Source: an uncultured delta proteobacterium (lineage in GTDB: Bacteria > Desulfobacterota > Syntrophia > Syntrophales > UBA5619). From it: 64,000 nucleotides of DNA. A model generated the notes under the pieces. It ran no database searches and had not been told where the DNA came from. It saw only the letters and a program-made list of their open reading frames with translations. The position numbers and the translations under genes were made by a program. Position 1 is the first letter of the stretch. The number at the start of each line of letters is the position of its first letter. Below are positions 14,792-27,998 of this stretch, one piece after another. The stretch is from contig CAWFOM010000001.1 of the NCBI GenBank assembly GCA_963817385.1, positions 256,001-320,000 of the forward strand, given 5' to 3'.

Positions 14792-17700
14792 ATGATCTAC
14801 AAGAAAAAACTCATTGAAGTCGCATTACCACTGGACGCGATTAACAAGGCATCGGCGCGGGAAAAGTCCATCCGCCACGGGCATCCGAGTACACTGCATC
14901 TCTGGTGGGCGAGGCGGCCCCTGGCGGCGGCGCGGGCAGTCATCTTTTCGCAGATGGTGGACGATCCGTCCGAATATACGGAAACACTGCTGAGCGATTC
15001 CAACAAGAAACGGGCAGCAATCCGAGAACTTGGTAAACGGAAAAGCGTCTGGGAAATGCGCAAGACCCGATATGAGGATGCTTGCCGCCATGGCGATCAG
15101 TCAGCTCCTGATCCGGGCCCTGAGCCCACGCTTCAGGAATGCATTGCCGATATCGAACGGGAACGACTGTTCCGCATCATCGAAGATCTGGTCCTGTGGG
15201 AGAACACGACCAACGAGACGGTCTTGCAGCAGGCGCGGGACGAGATCTGGCAGAGCTGGCGGCGGGCGTGCGCGGAGAATGCCGATCATCCACAGGCAAA
15301 GGAACTGTTTGATCGCTACAAACTGCCTGCTTTTCATGATCCCTTTGCTGGCGGCGGGTCGCTTCCGCTGGAGGCACAGCGACTGGGTCTTGAGGCGTAT
15401 GCCAGCGACCTGAACCCCGTGGCGGTGTTGATCAACAAGGCGATGATCGAGATCCCGCCCAAGTTCGCCGGCCGGCCGCCGGTGAATCCTGAAGCGATAA
15501 AACAAACAAGCATGGACTCCCAAGCCTGGTCTGGGGCACGTGGACTGGCAGAGGACGTTCGGTACTATGGAAAGTGGATTCGCGACGAGGCGGAAAAGCG
15601 TATCGGCTATCTTTATCCCAAAGCCGAGGTGACGGCAGAGATGGCAAAGGAGCGGCCGGACCTGAAGAAATATGTGGGACAGAAGCTTACCGTCATCGCT
15701 TGGCTCTGGGCACGCACAGTGAAGAGTCCGAACCCTGCCTTCGCCAGTGTCGATGTACCGCTTGCCTCCACCTTCATGCTTTCCACCAAGGTAGGCAAAG
15801 AGGCCTATGTCGAGCCGGTGGTTGAGGACGGCGGTTACCGGTTTACGGTAAAGGTGGGGAAGCCGAAGGATGCGGCGGCTGCGAAGACCGGTACCAAGCT
15901 GGCGCGGGCAAACTTTGCTTGCCTGATGTCCGGTACGCCCGTATCTGGGGACTACATCAAGTCCGAGGGTAAGGCCGGACGTATGGGCGCGAGACTGATA
16001 GCCATCGTTGCCGCGGGTGAGCGCGGGCGGGTCTATCTCACGCCAACGCCAGATCATGAGGCTGTGGCGCAAAAGGCAAAACCGACGTGGCAGCCAGAGG
16101 GTGAAATTGCAACCAGAATGACTGGTGGAAATTGCACCCCGTACGGACTTACATCATGGAGTGATCTCTTCACTTCTCGTCAGCTCGTGGCGCTTACGAC
16201 CTTCTCCGATCTGGTGCAGGAAGCGCGTGAGCGGGTGAAGCGCGACGCCATCAAAGCCGGCCTGCCCGACGATGGCAAAGCCCTGGATAGAGTCGGCACT
16301 GGCGCCACGGCATATGCCGATGCGGTAGGCGTGTACGCAGGGATCACAGTCAGTAGGCAGGCGAATCGCGCTTGCACGATTTCGTTTTGGGACAACACAA
16401 GCCAAAAGATTCAACAAGCCTTCGGCCGACAGGCGCTACCGATGACTTGGGATTTTTGTGAGTCTAATCTTTTCAGTAGCTCCAGCGGAAACTGGCTCGG
16501 TCAACTCGATTTCCCCGCGAAGTGTATTGACGCCGCGCCGGCCAAACTGCCAGGGTTCGTATTGCAGCAGGACGCTCAGCAACAGGGTATCTCGACCGAC
16601 AAGGTGGTCTCTACTGACCCGCCTTATTACGACAACATTGGTTACGCCGACCTCTCGGACTTCTTTTATGTCTGGCTGCGTCGCTCGCTAAAACTCGTCT
16701 TTCCCGATCTTTTCACCACGCTCGCCGTGCCCAAAGCCGAAGAACTGGTGGCTACGCCCTACCGCCATGGCAGCAAGGAAAAAGCGGAGGCGTTCTTCCT
16801 CGACGGCATGACGCAGGCCATGCATCGTCTCGCCGAACAGGCCCACCCGGCCTTTCCAGTCACGATCTACTACGCCTTCAAACAAGCCGAAAGCGATGGC
16901 TGTGACGGTACGACCAACACCGGCTGGGATACCTTCCTGGCAGCCGTCATCGAGTCCGGTTTCGCCATCAGTGGCACTTGGCCGATGCGCACCGAATTGA
17001 CAGGTAATCTCAAGAAGAATGTCGCAACGCCCTTGCCTCAAGCATCATCCTTGTCTGCCGCCAGCGTGCGGTCGATGCGCCCACCGCCACACGTCGCGAG
17101 TTTGTTACCGCACTCAAGGCTGAGCTGCCCATAGCACTTGCACATCTCCAGCGCGGCAACATCGCCCCGGTGGATCTGGCCCAGGCGGCCATTGGTCCCG
17201 GCATGGCGATCTACACCCGTTACGCCCGGGTGCTCGACGCCGAGGGTAAGCCGCTCTCCGTGCGCGAGGCGCTGACTCTCATCAACCAGACCCTTGACGA
17301 GGCGCTCGCTGAGCAGGAGGGCGACTTCGACGCTGACAGCCGCTGGGCGGTGGCGTGGTTTGAGCAGTCAGGGTTCGCTGAAGGAGAGTATGGTGTGGCC
17401 GAGATGCTTTCCAAGGCGAAGAACACCAGCGTCGCCGGCATGGTCGAGACAGGCATCCTGACCTCCAGCCACGGCAAGGTGCGGCTACTCCGTCCTGACG
17501 AATTGCCTGCCGACTGGGATCCGGGGACAGACAAACGCCTGACAGCATGGGAAGGGTGCATCAGCTCATCCGCGCGCTTGAATCCGGCGGCGAAGGGGCG
17601 GCTGCGGCGCTCGTGGCTAAGTTGGGCACGAAGGCCGAAATTGCCCGCGAGCTGGCCTATCGCCTCTACACGCTCTGCGAGCGGAAGAAACGCGCTGCCG

Positions 17701-17807
17701 AGGCGCTCTCCTACAATGGCTTGGTACAGAGCTGGCCCGAAATCACGCGTCTCGCCCGCGAGGAGGGTAAACCCCGGCAAGTGGCGCCCGGATTGTTTGA
17801 CGAATAA
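14792..17807 (+). CDS. DUF1156-containing adenine DNA methyltransferase; frameshifts near 17020 and 17550
   Basis: [10 protein letters not shown] (DUF1156), [11 protein letters not shown]-binding motif, DPPY catalytic motif; continues through ORFs 17170.. and 17547..17807. Confidence 0.92.
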
Positions 17808-17822
17808 GAAAGGGAATAAAGC

Positions 17823-21198
<3,376 letters not shown>

Positions 21199-21227
21199 GG
21201 GTACGAGCTTTAGGAGGAGTGCCTGAC

Positions 21228-21422
21228 ATGAATGAGGATAAGAAAATCGCTGCCGGTAGAAGCGAAAAAAGCTGTTGGGATTGCAGCTATCAGCAAATAG
21301 CCGGTGATACATTTCTCGGCAAGTGCACCTGGTTCTCAAAGCATAAGCGGGAAAAGGATAAAGATATCACGCCTAAAGTCGTTGATGTCGGCTGTAAGTA
21401 TTTCGTTCAAAGGGGGATGTAG
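21228..21422 (+). CDS. Small Cys-rich hypothetical protein
   Basis: AGGAGGAG RBS; CWDC..C..C. Confidence 0.5.
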   Translation: MNEDKKIAAGRSEKSCWDCSYQQIAGDTFLGKCTWFSKHKREKDKDITPKVVDVGCKYFVQRGM

Positions 21423-22013
21423 TATGAGTATGTCTGCCTTGCAAGGCATGATTGGAGGATTGCCAAGAAACCTTTCCGACCAAGTGCTGGGTTATGCCGA
21501 AAGCGTAGAACGCGTATTGCCGGAAATATTTAGAGATGCCGGCAAAGCATTCGACAATAATATCGCCGATCGCGAGACGAAAGTCTTGAGAGAGTGCATT
21601 ACCCGATTACCACGTCTGCTGATGAATGGTCGAAGGAAATCCATAGTCTGCATAAACTCCTTGTCGAAGGCTTTGCAACAAAAGAACTTCGGGCTTTGGC
21701 CCAGAATCTCAACCGTGTAATCGATCCAAAATGGAAATCGATCAAACTGATAGAAGAAATCCTCTACGGTCTCTCGATAGATGAAGATCAAATACAGGAA
21801 ATTGCCGCACCTTTACAAGACCTCAATTACTTACGGGTCAAGATCTGTGGGCACATCTCAGGCAAAGAGGCAAACCAGATTAAGGCTGCCATTCTGAAAC
21901 AGCACAAGACGTATCCATGCCACTACCGCTATTTATGCACACAATGTGATAAAGCGGTTCGATCCTTGCGGGTCCATCTTAAGTGTCAGTCCAAAATCAT
22001 GACCCCCGAGTAG
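21423..22013 (+). pseudogene. Fused fragments of hypothetical genes; distal part possibly HEPN-like
   Basis: Frame switch near 21590; helical C-terminal part with LRVKICGH (R-x5-H). Confidence 0.35.
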
Positions 22014-22026
22014 GTCCCTCCATTAC

Positions 22027-22518
22027 TCACTGTAGATCTTCGATCGAGGTTTCATTCGGGGAGAACTCGATGCGATCTAGGTCACCTCTCCTGTATTTCA
22101 TATTCCGGATAGTAATTTCGAGTTCCTTGAAAATTCCGGCCACGAGACAAGGGAATAGTGAGTAGAATGTGTCCGAAGCAAGGTGCATCGTCCCGAATAG
22201 CTTCCCATCCTGTGTCCAAACACCGCCGACGGCGTCTGGATCCGACCGCCAATCCTTCCGCGGTACATGGGTAGGGAAGATCCAAAGAACAACCTTCTGC
22301 CCCTTGCGAGGCCGTGTCTTCCGATTTGTCCAATGGTGGCGGACGGTGCCGAAGACCTCGAGATGATCCCACTCGTCGATGCCGCCTTCTTTGTCACTAA
22401 ACCCCTTCATAGGGGGAACACGGTTTACACCGAACCGGAATGTCCGTTGCCATCCTTCCACAGTGCAATAGAGATCGTCGACGACCGGCACCTCTTTGCC
22501 TTTCTTTCTCTCTACCAT
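22027..22518 (-). CDS. Hypothetical protein (distantly similar to 31988..32464)
   Basis: 163-aa ORF with GGGAGG RBS. Confidence 0.65.
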   Translation of the reverse strand: MVERKKGKEVPVVDDLYCTVEGWQRTFRFGVNRVPPMKGFSDKEGGIDEWDHLEVFGTVRHHWTNRKTRPRKGQKVVLWIFPTHVPRKDWRSDPDAVGGVWTQDGKLFGTMHLASDTFYSLFPCLVAGIFKELEITIRNMKYRRGDLDRIEFSPNETSIEDLQ

Positions 22519-22695
22519 ATTAATCCTCCCTAATCCCTTACTCTTCTTTCGGCCCTAAGCACCTCGCACGGAGATCACGGAGCAAGTTCCTATTTTCTCG
22601 AAGTGATCCGTCACAGTGGGGAATATAGTGGGGAATGATAGATTAAAACGAACAAAGGGTCGCGAATAATATCCACAACCCTTTGTATTCATTTA

Positions 22696-22741
22696 TGGTA
22701 GTCCCACGGGGGCTTGAACCCCGGTTTCCGGCGTGAGAGGC
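22696..22741 (-). repeat. att site: 46-bp duplicate of the tRNA-Glu 3' end
   Basis: TGGTAGTCCCACGGGGGCTTGAACCCCGGTTTCCGGCGTGAGAGGC identical to 36782-36827. Confidence 0.95.
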
Positions 22742-23377
22742 GAATGACAAAGATATCTAAGCCACCTGTTTTATTACAAGTATTCGCTTTCATTAAAATC
22801 CGTGTGTCCTCCAGTGTAATGGTGTGCAACCGTTTTACCCCGATTTCAGAGGTAAAGGACACACACTTCCAGGACTGACATTGTGCTGGTTGTGGGATCA
22901 ATTTCCATGCGCTTCCACCATTAATTCATCGATCCAATAATCGGCTCGGTACACCCGACGCGGATGGGAGTTGGTATGCAAATCCAGGCACGAAAGCTCG
23001 TGCCCTGAAACCCCAAACGTGGTCGCGAGGATGGCGGCGTATAGAGTGATGTGCCATGAATCAGATTTGGCCACAAACACGGAATCGGGTGGCGCATTGG
23101 CTTCTTCCTGAATGAGAGCGTCTGGTAATTTTCATGGGAGCACACCCTCTCAATTGTAAATAAATGATCGAGAAAAGAAAAAAGATAGAGCTGACAATCC
23201 TGTCTTTCTCATTGCGATGATACTTAATCCATTGATTTTGACAAACGAAAAGTATTGTGATTTATATGTGTCGTTACCCTGAGCAATAGACGGTCTTACT
23301 TATCTGTAGTTACTGGATTTTAGTCGTATGATACAGACTGTACATTGTTATTCAGCGCAACTAGGCAGTGGAAGACA

Positions 23378-24211
23378 ATGATGATCAATAATCAATACCG
23401 TCTTCTACTGCGAGCAAGCGCTATTGTTCTATTTGTTGTATGTGCGAAACTCTTCGTGCATTACCTAGAATGGGAAGTGCTATCGATTAACCCATTGTTC
23501 TCTGGGATCGTTGCTGCCAATGTCTTTCTGATGGGGTTTCTTCTAAGCGGTGTACTGTCGGATTACAAGGAAAGCGAGCGGCTCCCGGGTGAGTTGAGCG
23601 CATGTATCGAGAATCTGGCTCAAGAAGTATGCGGTATCAGAATGGCAAAACGTGAAGCCAATGTAGGTCCGTGTCTAATTCGTCTATCGATATTGAGTCA
23701 GGACATTCTAAGTTGGTTCCATAAAAAACACCGCACGCCAGAACTGCTGGAGCATTTGAACGCTCTAACCCCTGAGTTCGCAGCGATGGAACAATGGACT
23801 CAAGCGACTCTCGTGGCTCGATTAAAGCAAGAGCAGAGTAATCTCCGGCGCACTATCATACGCATTCACACCATTCGAGAAACCTCCTTCGTTTCTGCCG
23901 GTTATTTGCTTTCCGATATCATCACTATTCTTCTTTGCATAGGGCTCATATTGGCCAAAATTGAGCCGTTTTACGAGTCGTTGTTCTTCGTCAGTGTCAT
24001 CTCGTATCTGATGATTTTTCTCCTTATATTAATCAGGGATCTTGACAATCCTTTTGGTTACTATGAACGCTATTCTGGGGCAGACGTATCACTGAAACCG
24101 CTCGAGGACGCGGCGCATCGTCTTGCGCAGATCGCCAGCGTCGAAGATTCTGCTCTCGATGGGTGTACCAAGTTATTCACTGCATCGGATATGGCTGGGT
24201 TGCAACGGTAA
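23378..24211 (+). CDS. Membrane protein, bestrophin-like/DUF4239-like
   Basis: Four hydrophobic segments; LIRDLDNPFG motif. Confidence 0.6.
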   Translation: MMINNQYRLLLRASAIVLFVVCAKLFVHYLEWEVLSINPLFSGIVAANVFLMGFLLSGVLSDYKESERLPGELSACIENLAQEVCGIRMAKREANVGPCLIRLSILSQDILSWFHKKHRTPELLEHLNALTPEFAAMEQWTQATLVARLKQEQSNLRRTIIRIHTIRETSFVSAGYLLSDIITILLCIGLILAKIEPFYESLFFVSVISYLMIFLLILIRDLDNPFGYYERYSGADVSLKPLEDAAHRLAQIASVEDSALDGCTKLFTASDMAGLQR

Positions 24212-24388
24212 GCTTTGGCGTTGCAAATCATTTGATCAAATGCATATCCTCAGAATATTGTATTTATCATACTTACAACTTTGATACGGAGCCAGCGACT
24301 CTGTCGATTTGGCGATCTTGAAAAACTTAACCGACTCCTTTATTGAAGCCTTCCGGGGATATGCTTAGCTCTAAATGAGCAGACCAGA

Positions 24389-25297
24389 TTACTTTTTTAT
24401 CGGCACACCCACCCCAAGTTCCATCATAAAACGGTCAAATTCCGGTGTCCAGATTGGAATACCGCTTTTAGAACCAAAGAGGAAGTGACCATCCTTACCG
24501 AAAGGCGGCTGTATCACCAGCTTGCCCTTAGCTCCGGCTTCCTGAAAGGCCGCAAACATGGCCCTGACGACCTGCGGCCCAAAAAAAAGATCATTTTCAG
24601 CATAGTGCCAGAGAACGGGGATTCTTATCGTTTTGGCAAATTTTCTTATTGTTTCGACCAGTCGCTCAGGGGTACAGGGGCTTCCCAGAGGGGAGTTGGT
24701 TGTTCCGCCCTGTCCTCCGGCGAAATTGACAACGCCGATAACACCGGGAGGATTCAGACTGGCGATTGCCAAAGAACCAAAGCCTCCGGCTGATTGACCA
24801 ACCAGAAGAATTTGGTCGGGGCGTACGAATGGAAGTTTGGCTGCAAAGGTTAGGGTTGCCTGGATATCCTTGGCTGCTTCCATACCTGGTTCATAGTAAA
24901 ATGGTGCGTGGCATGATCCGAAATCTTCAGCCCAGGTACCCCCGGTTTTTCCGTGACCCCGCCTGATGGGGACAATAACGGCAAAGCCGCGGTTAAGGAA
25001 TTCACGGATTTGGGGAATAATCCGGAAACGGCCGATTTGTTGACGGATAAGGGGGTTACTTCGGGTCCCATGGCTTAAGACGATAAGTGGAAAGGGGCCG
25101 TCTCCTGGAGGATGAAAGATTGTCGTCGTTAGTTGAACCTCTTTCTTCCCGAAAAAGCTGTCCAAGACCATGGGAACCTGAACGATTTGCTCATTGAGAT
25201 CAGAAAGAATTTCTTCATCCTGGGCAAAAACCGATAAGGGTATTAAAACAATAATCGCCAGGATCAGACATCCGAACAACAAGGATTTTTTCTTCAT
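24389..25297 (-). CDS. Exported alpha/beta hydrolase (dienelactone hydrolase-like)
   Basis: Signal peptide, PLIVLSHG, GQSAGG nucleophile elbow, END and DGH triad residues. Confidence 0.85.
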   Translation of the reverse strand: MKKKSLLFGCLILAIIVLIPLSVFAQDEEILSDLNEQIVQVPMVLDSFFGKKEVQLTTTIFHPPGDGPFPLIVLSHGTRSNPLIRQQIGRFRIIPQIREFLNRGFAVIVPIRRGHGKTGGTWAEDFGSCHAPFYYEPGMEAAKDIQATLTFAAKLPFVRPDQILLVGQSAGGFGSLAIASLNPPGVIGVVNFAGGQGGTTNSPLGSPCTPERLVETIRKFAKTIRIPVLWHYAENDLFFGPQVVRAMFAAFQEAGAKGKLVIQPPFGKDGHFLFGSKSGIPIWTPEFDRFMMELGVGVPIKK

Positions 25298-25783
25298 GTT
25301 GGCCTTCTGTCAACAAAGCACCGTTATTTTTTCAAGAACGCCGAGCCATTGCCCTTATATTTTTTTATGTAACCTTTATCCCCGTCTTTGTCAAAAAGAA
25401 ACCCGGTTACGACCTTAACAGCTTCAAAACAGTCCTTATATGTTCCCAATAAATAATTCGGGCATCTGGGGCGGGTTGAAGAGTTCAAACGCAATCGCTG
25501 TTTCGTGTGCCTAGGTTTTTTTGAGGACTAGTAGAGTCATGTGATCTCGACGCTCCCTACTTCCGATACCTGCCTCTTATTCCGTTGACATCCTCTCTTA
25601 TTTTGCCTATCCTCAATCCACTAGATCCGATAAATTGCAATGGCAACGCTATGCACGTAAAAACAGCCTCCATAAGCTCCAGGCAATGATCTCCGGAGCT
25701 GCTGAGAAACTGGTACCCACAAGGGCAAAGAAAGAACTGAAACCCGTAAAAGCTGTGAAAACCAAGGAAAGGAGACCATTAGA

Positions 25784-26281
25784 ATGACTACGCAAGCTGC
25801 ATTCACGACAGAACAGTGGAACCTTCTGAGGATCGTACCTTCGCTCGTAGTCGATGGCGTCTCCACCGTCGATCCGAGCGGCATCTTTGGCACTATCAAG
25901 GAAGCGTTGGACGGAATGACTGAAAAGATCGAGGCGCTCCAGCAAGGATCAGAAATCGAGCTCCTGGACGAGATACTTGCGGACAAAAGCATTCTCAAGT
26001 TGCCTGACCCGAAGACATTGGCCGGCGAGGGCAACCGTGAACAACAGATGGCAAATCTCAAGTCGGCAGTGCTTGGTCACATAAGGGATGTAGCGAACCT
26101 GGTGAGCCAGAAGGCTTCACCCGAAGAGGCGAAAGCTTACAAACAGATGATCATAAGTGTGGCAACGAAGGCGGCAAAGGCGTCCAAAGAAGGCGGTTTT
26201 CTCGGCTTCGGCGGAGTACTGGTGAGCAACGCCGAACAGTCCTTCCTGAATGACGTGAAGGCCGCGCTGCAGCTCACCTGA
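25784..26281 (+). CDS. Conserved hypothetical protein
   Basis: AAKASKEGGFLGFGG..VSNAE conserved-looking C-terminus; GGAG RBS. Confidence 0.7.
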   Translation: MTTQAAFTTEQWNLLRIVPSLVVDGVSTVDPSGIFGTIKEALDGMTEKIEALQQGSEIELLDEILADKSILKLPDPKTLAGEGNREQQMANLKSAVLGHIRDVANLVSQKASPEEAKAYKQMIISVATKAAKASKEGGFLGFGGVLVSNAEQSFLNDVKAALQLT

Positions 26282-26655
26282 ACATTGAGGCGGGAGACGC
26301 TCACCGTGCTAACAACATCCTGTTTTATGGCAGTTGGATACTCGTCGTGATCCCACAAGAATCTCTGGTAACAGGTAAAACAGCCCAACATCAGAATGCT
26401 CAACCGGAAGATTTGCCAACCCTATAAACACTTTCCCTCATTACCACTCCCTAAAATGCAATTGACACAATGTTCTTCTTTTTACACCACCCGCGACAAC
26501 AAACATTTTGATCCGGAAAAGACTCTGCGAATTCCACAACAAGACAGCCACTTCAACACATCGTTTCAAGAATCGTCAACAAACAGGACCTGTTGCCATG
26601 GCACCTTTATTATGCTTGACTTTATCGCATTAATGCCGTAAAAAACTTAGTAATT

Positions 26656-27003
26656 ATGAAAACATCCAAAGAGCCCAACAATCGTAGCAGTAAGCGTATC
26701 CGGAGATGCATAGGCCTGCTCCTGACATCATGCTTTTTCCTGGGTGTGGTCGCCCTTGCCATGCACCACCATAACGTTTCCTTTCAGCTCAAGAGCTGCA
26801 CCATCTGCAAGGCAAAGACATATTCTTCGGGAACCCTCAACAAGGTCAAGGCAGATCCTCCCTTATCAACAGCAACTGTAAACCATTGCTCAGATGAGAT
26901 TTACTTCACCTATTCCCGGATTAAATTTTATCATCAAACACCCTTCATCGACTCATTTCTGCCCAACTCCTTCTTAAATAAAGCACCCCCTTCCATCGCC
27001 TGA
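26656..27003 (+). CDS. DUF2946-like small protein (TM-HHH-CxxC...KAPP), possible regulatory leader
   Basis: Hydrophobic N-terminus, HHH, CTIC, C-terminal NKAPP. Confidence 0.55.
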   Translation: MKTSKEPNNRSSKRIRRCIGLLLTSCFFLGVVALAMHHHNVSFQLKSCTICKAKTYSSGTLNKVKADPPLSTATVNHCSDEIYFTYSRIKFYHQTPFIDSFLPNSFLNKAPPSIA

Positions 27004-27106
27004 ATCCATAGTATCGAACAGATCAAAACAAAACCAATTGAAGCGACACGCAAGTATCTTGATAATAATGTAATTCCATTATTTTATATGGACTAAGGAG
27101 GCTATC

Positions 27107-27381
27107 ATGAACTGTCCGGTATGCAATACAACTGTTGATGACTGAAAGACAGGGAACACAAATCGATTACTGCCCACAGTGCAGGGGTGTTTGGCTCGAA
27201 AAAGGAAAGCTTGACAAGATAATCGAACGGTCCGGCGCAGATCTGCTGCCGAAGACAATTCCTCAAGCTTATGGCGCCAGCCTGTCCGGCGAGATGAAGG
27301 CCACTATGATAAACATCAGGATGATCATTACGGCGGGGATCGAAAAAAAAGCGCGGATTTCTTCATGACCTGTTTGACTGA
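27107..27381 (+). CDS. zf-TFIIB domain protein (frameshifted)
   Basis: AAGGAGG-ATG MNCPVC..ERQGTQIDYCPQCRGVWLEKGKLDKII..FLHDLFD. Confidence 0.75.
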
Positions 27382-27570
27382 GTACCCTATGGAAAGGATA
27401 GCGTATGCGTGTCGATTTATTTGGAGGATCAAAACATAACCGCTTTCCGGTCATTACGGATATCAGCTTGGTGAAGAGATATTTGCTCGTGCTCTACAAA
27501 GAGCTTAACGTGTAAAAGTATTTGACTGGGAATAACTAAAAAAGGGGACCAAGAGAGGAGGAAACAAAAG

Positions 27571-27876
27571 ATGACCGGAAAACCGAGTGACAAAGAGGAC
27601 GAATATTTCATCAGGATGGAATTCGAGAAAAAGAGGAAATTGGAGAAAGAGAGGCATAAGAAACTGGGAGAAGAGGAGAAGAAAAAACTCAAAGAACTCC
27701 ATTTCATGAGATGCCCAATGTGTGGAATGGAACTCATTGAAATTTATTATAATGGGGTTCACACGGAAAAGTGTTCCGAATGTGGGGGAATATGGCTCGA
27801 TGCGAAAGAGTTTGAGCTGTTATCAAAGACTGATAAATCGATTCTCGATGGTTTATTCGGCCTGTTTACAAAATAA
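27571..27876 (+). CDS. zf-TFIIB domain protein
   Basis: EDEYF..MRCPMCG..CSECGGIWLD. Confidence 0.85.
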   Translation: MTGKPSDKEDEYFIRMEFEKKRKLEKERHKKLGEEEKKKLKELHFMRCPMCGMELIEIYYNGVHTEKCSECGGIWLDAKEFELLSKTDKSILDGLFGLFTK

Positions 27877-27998
27877 TAATCCGGTCGACCGTCGCTCAAA
27901 CAAAAAATAATCCGCCATTTCCAATAAGGCAACCTGTAAAACAGGAGTACTTTGGAGGTTAGATATTGATCCGGGAAACTGAAGCAAAGGGAAGTTTC

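Noticed and set aside
22696..22741. Second tRNA-Glu gene
   Set aside because: Only the 3' 46 nt are present; the D-arm and 5' acceptor strand are missing
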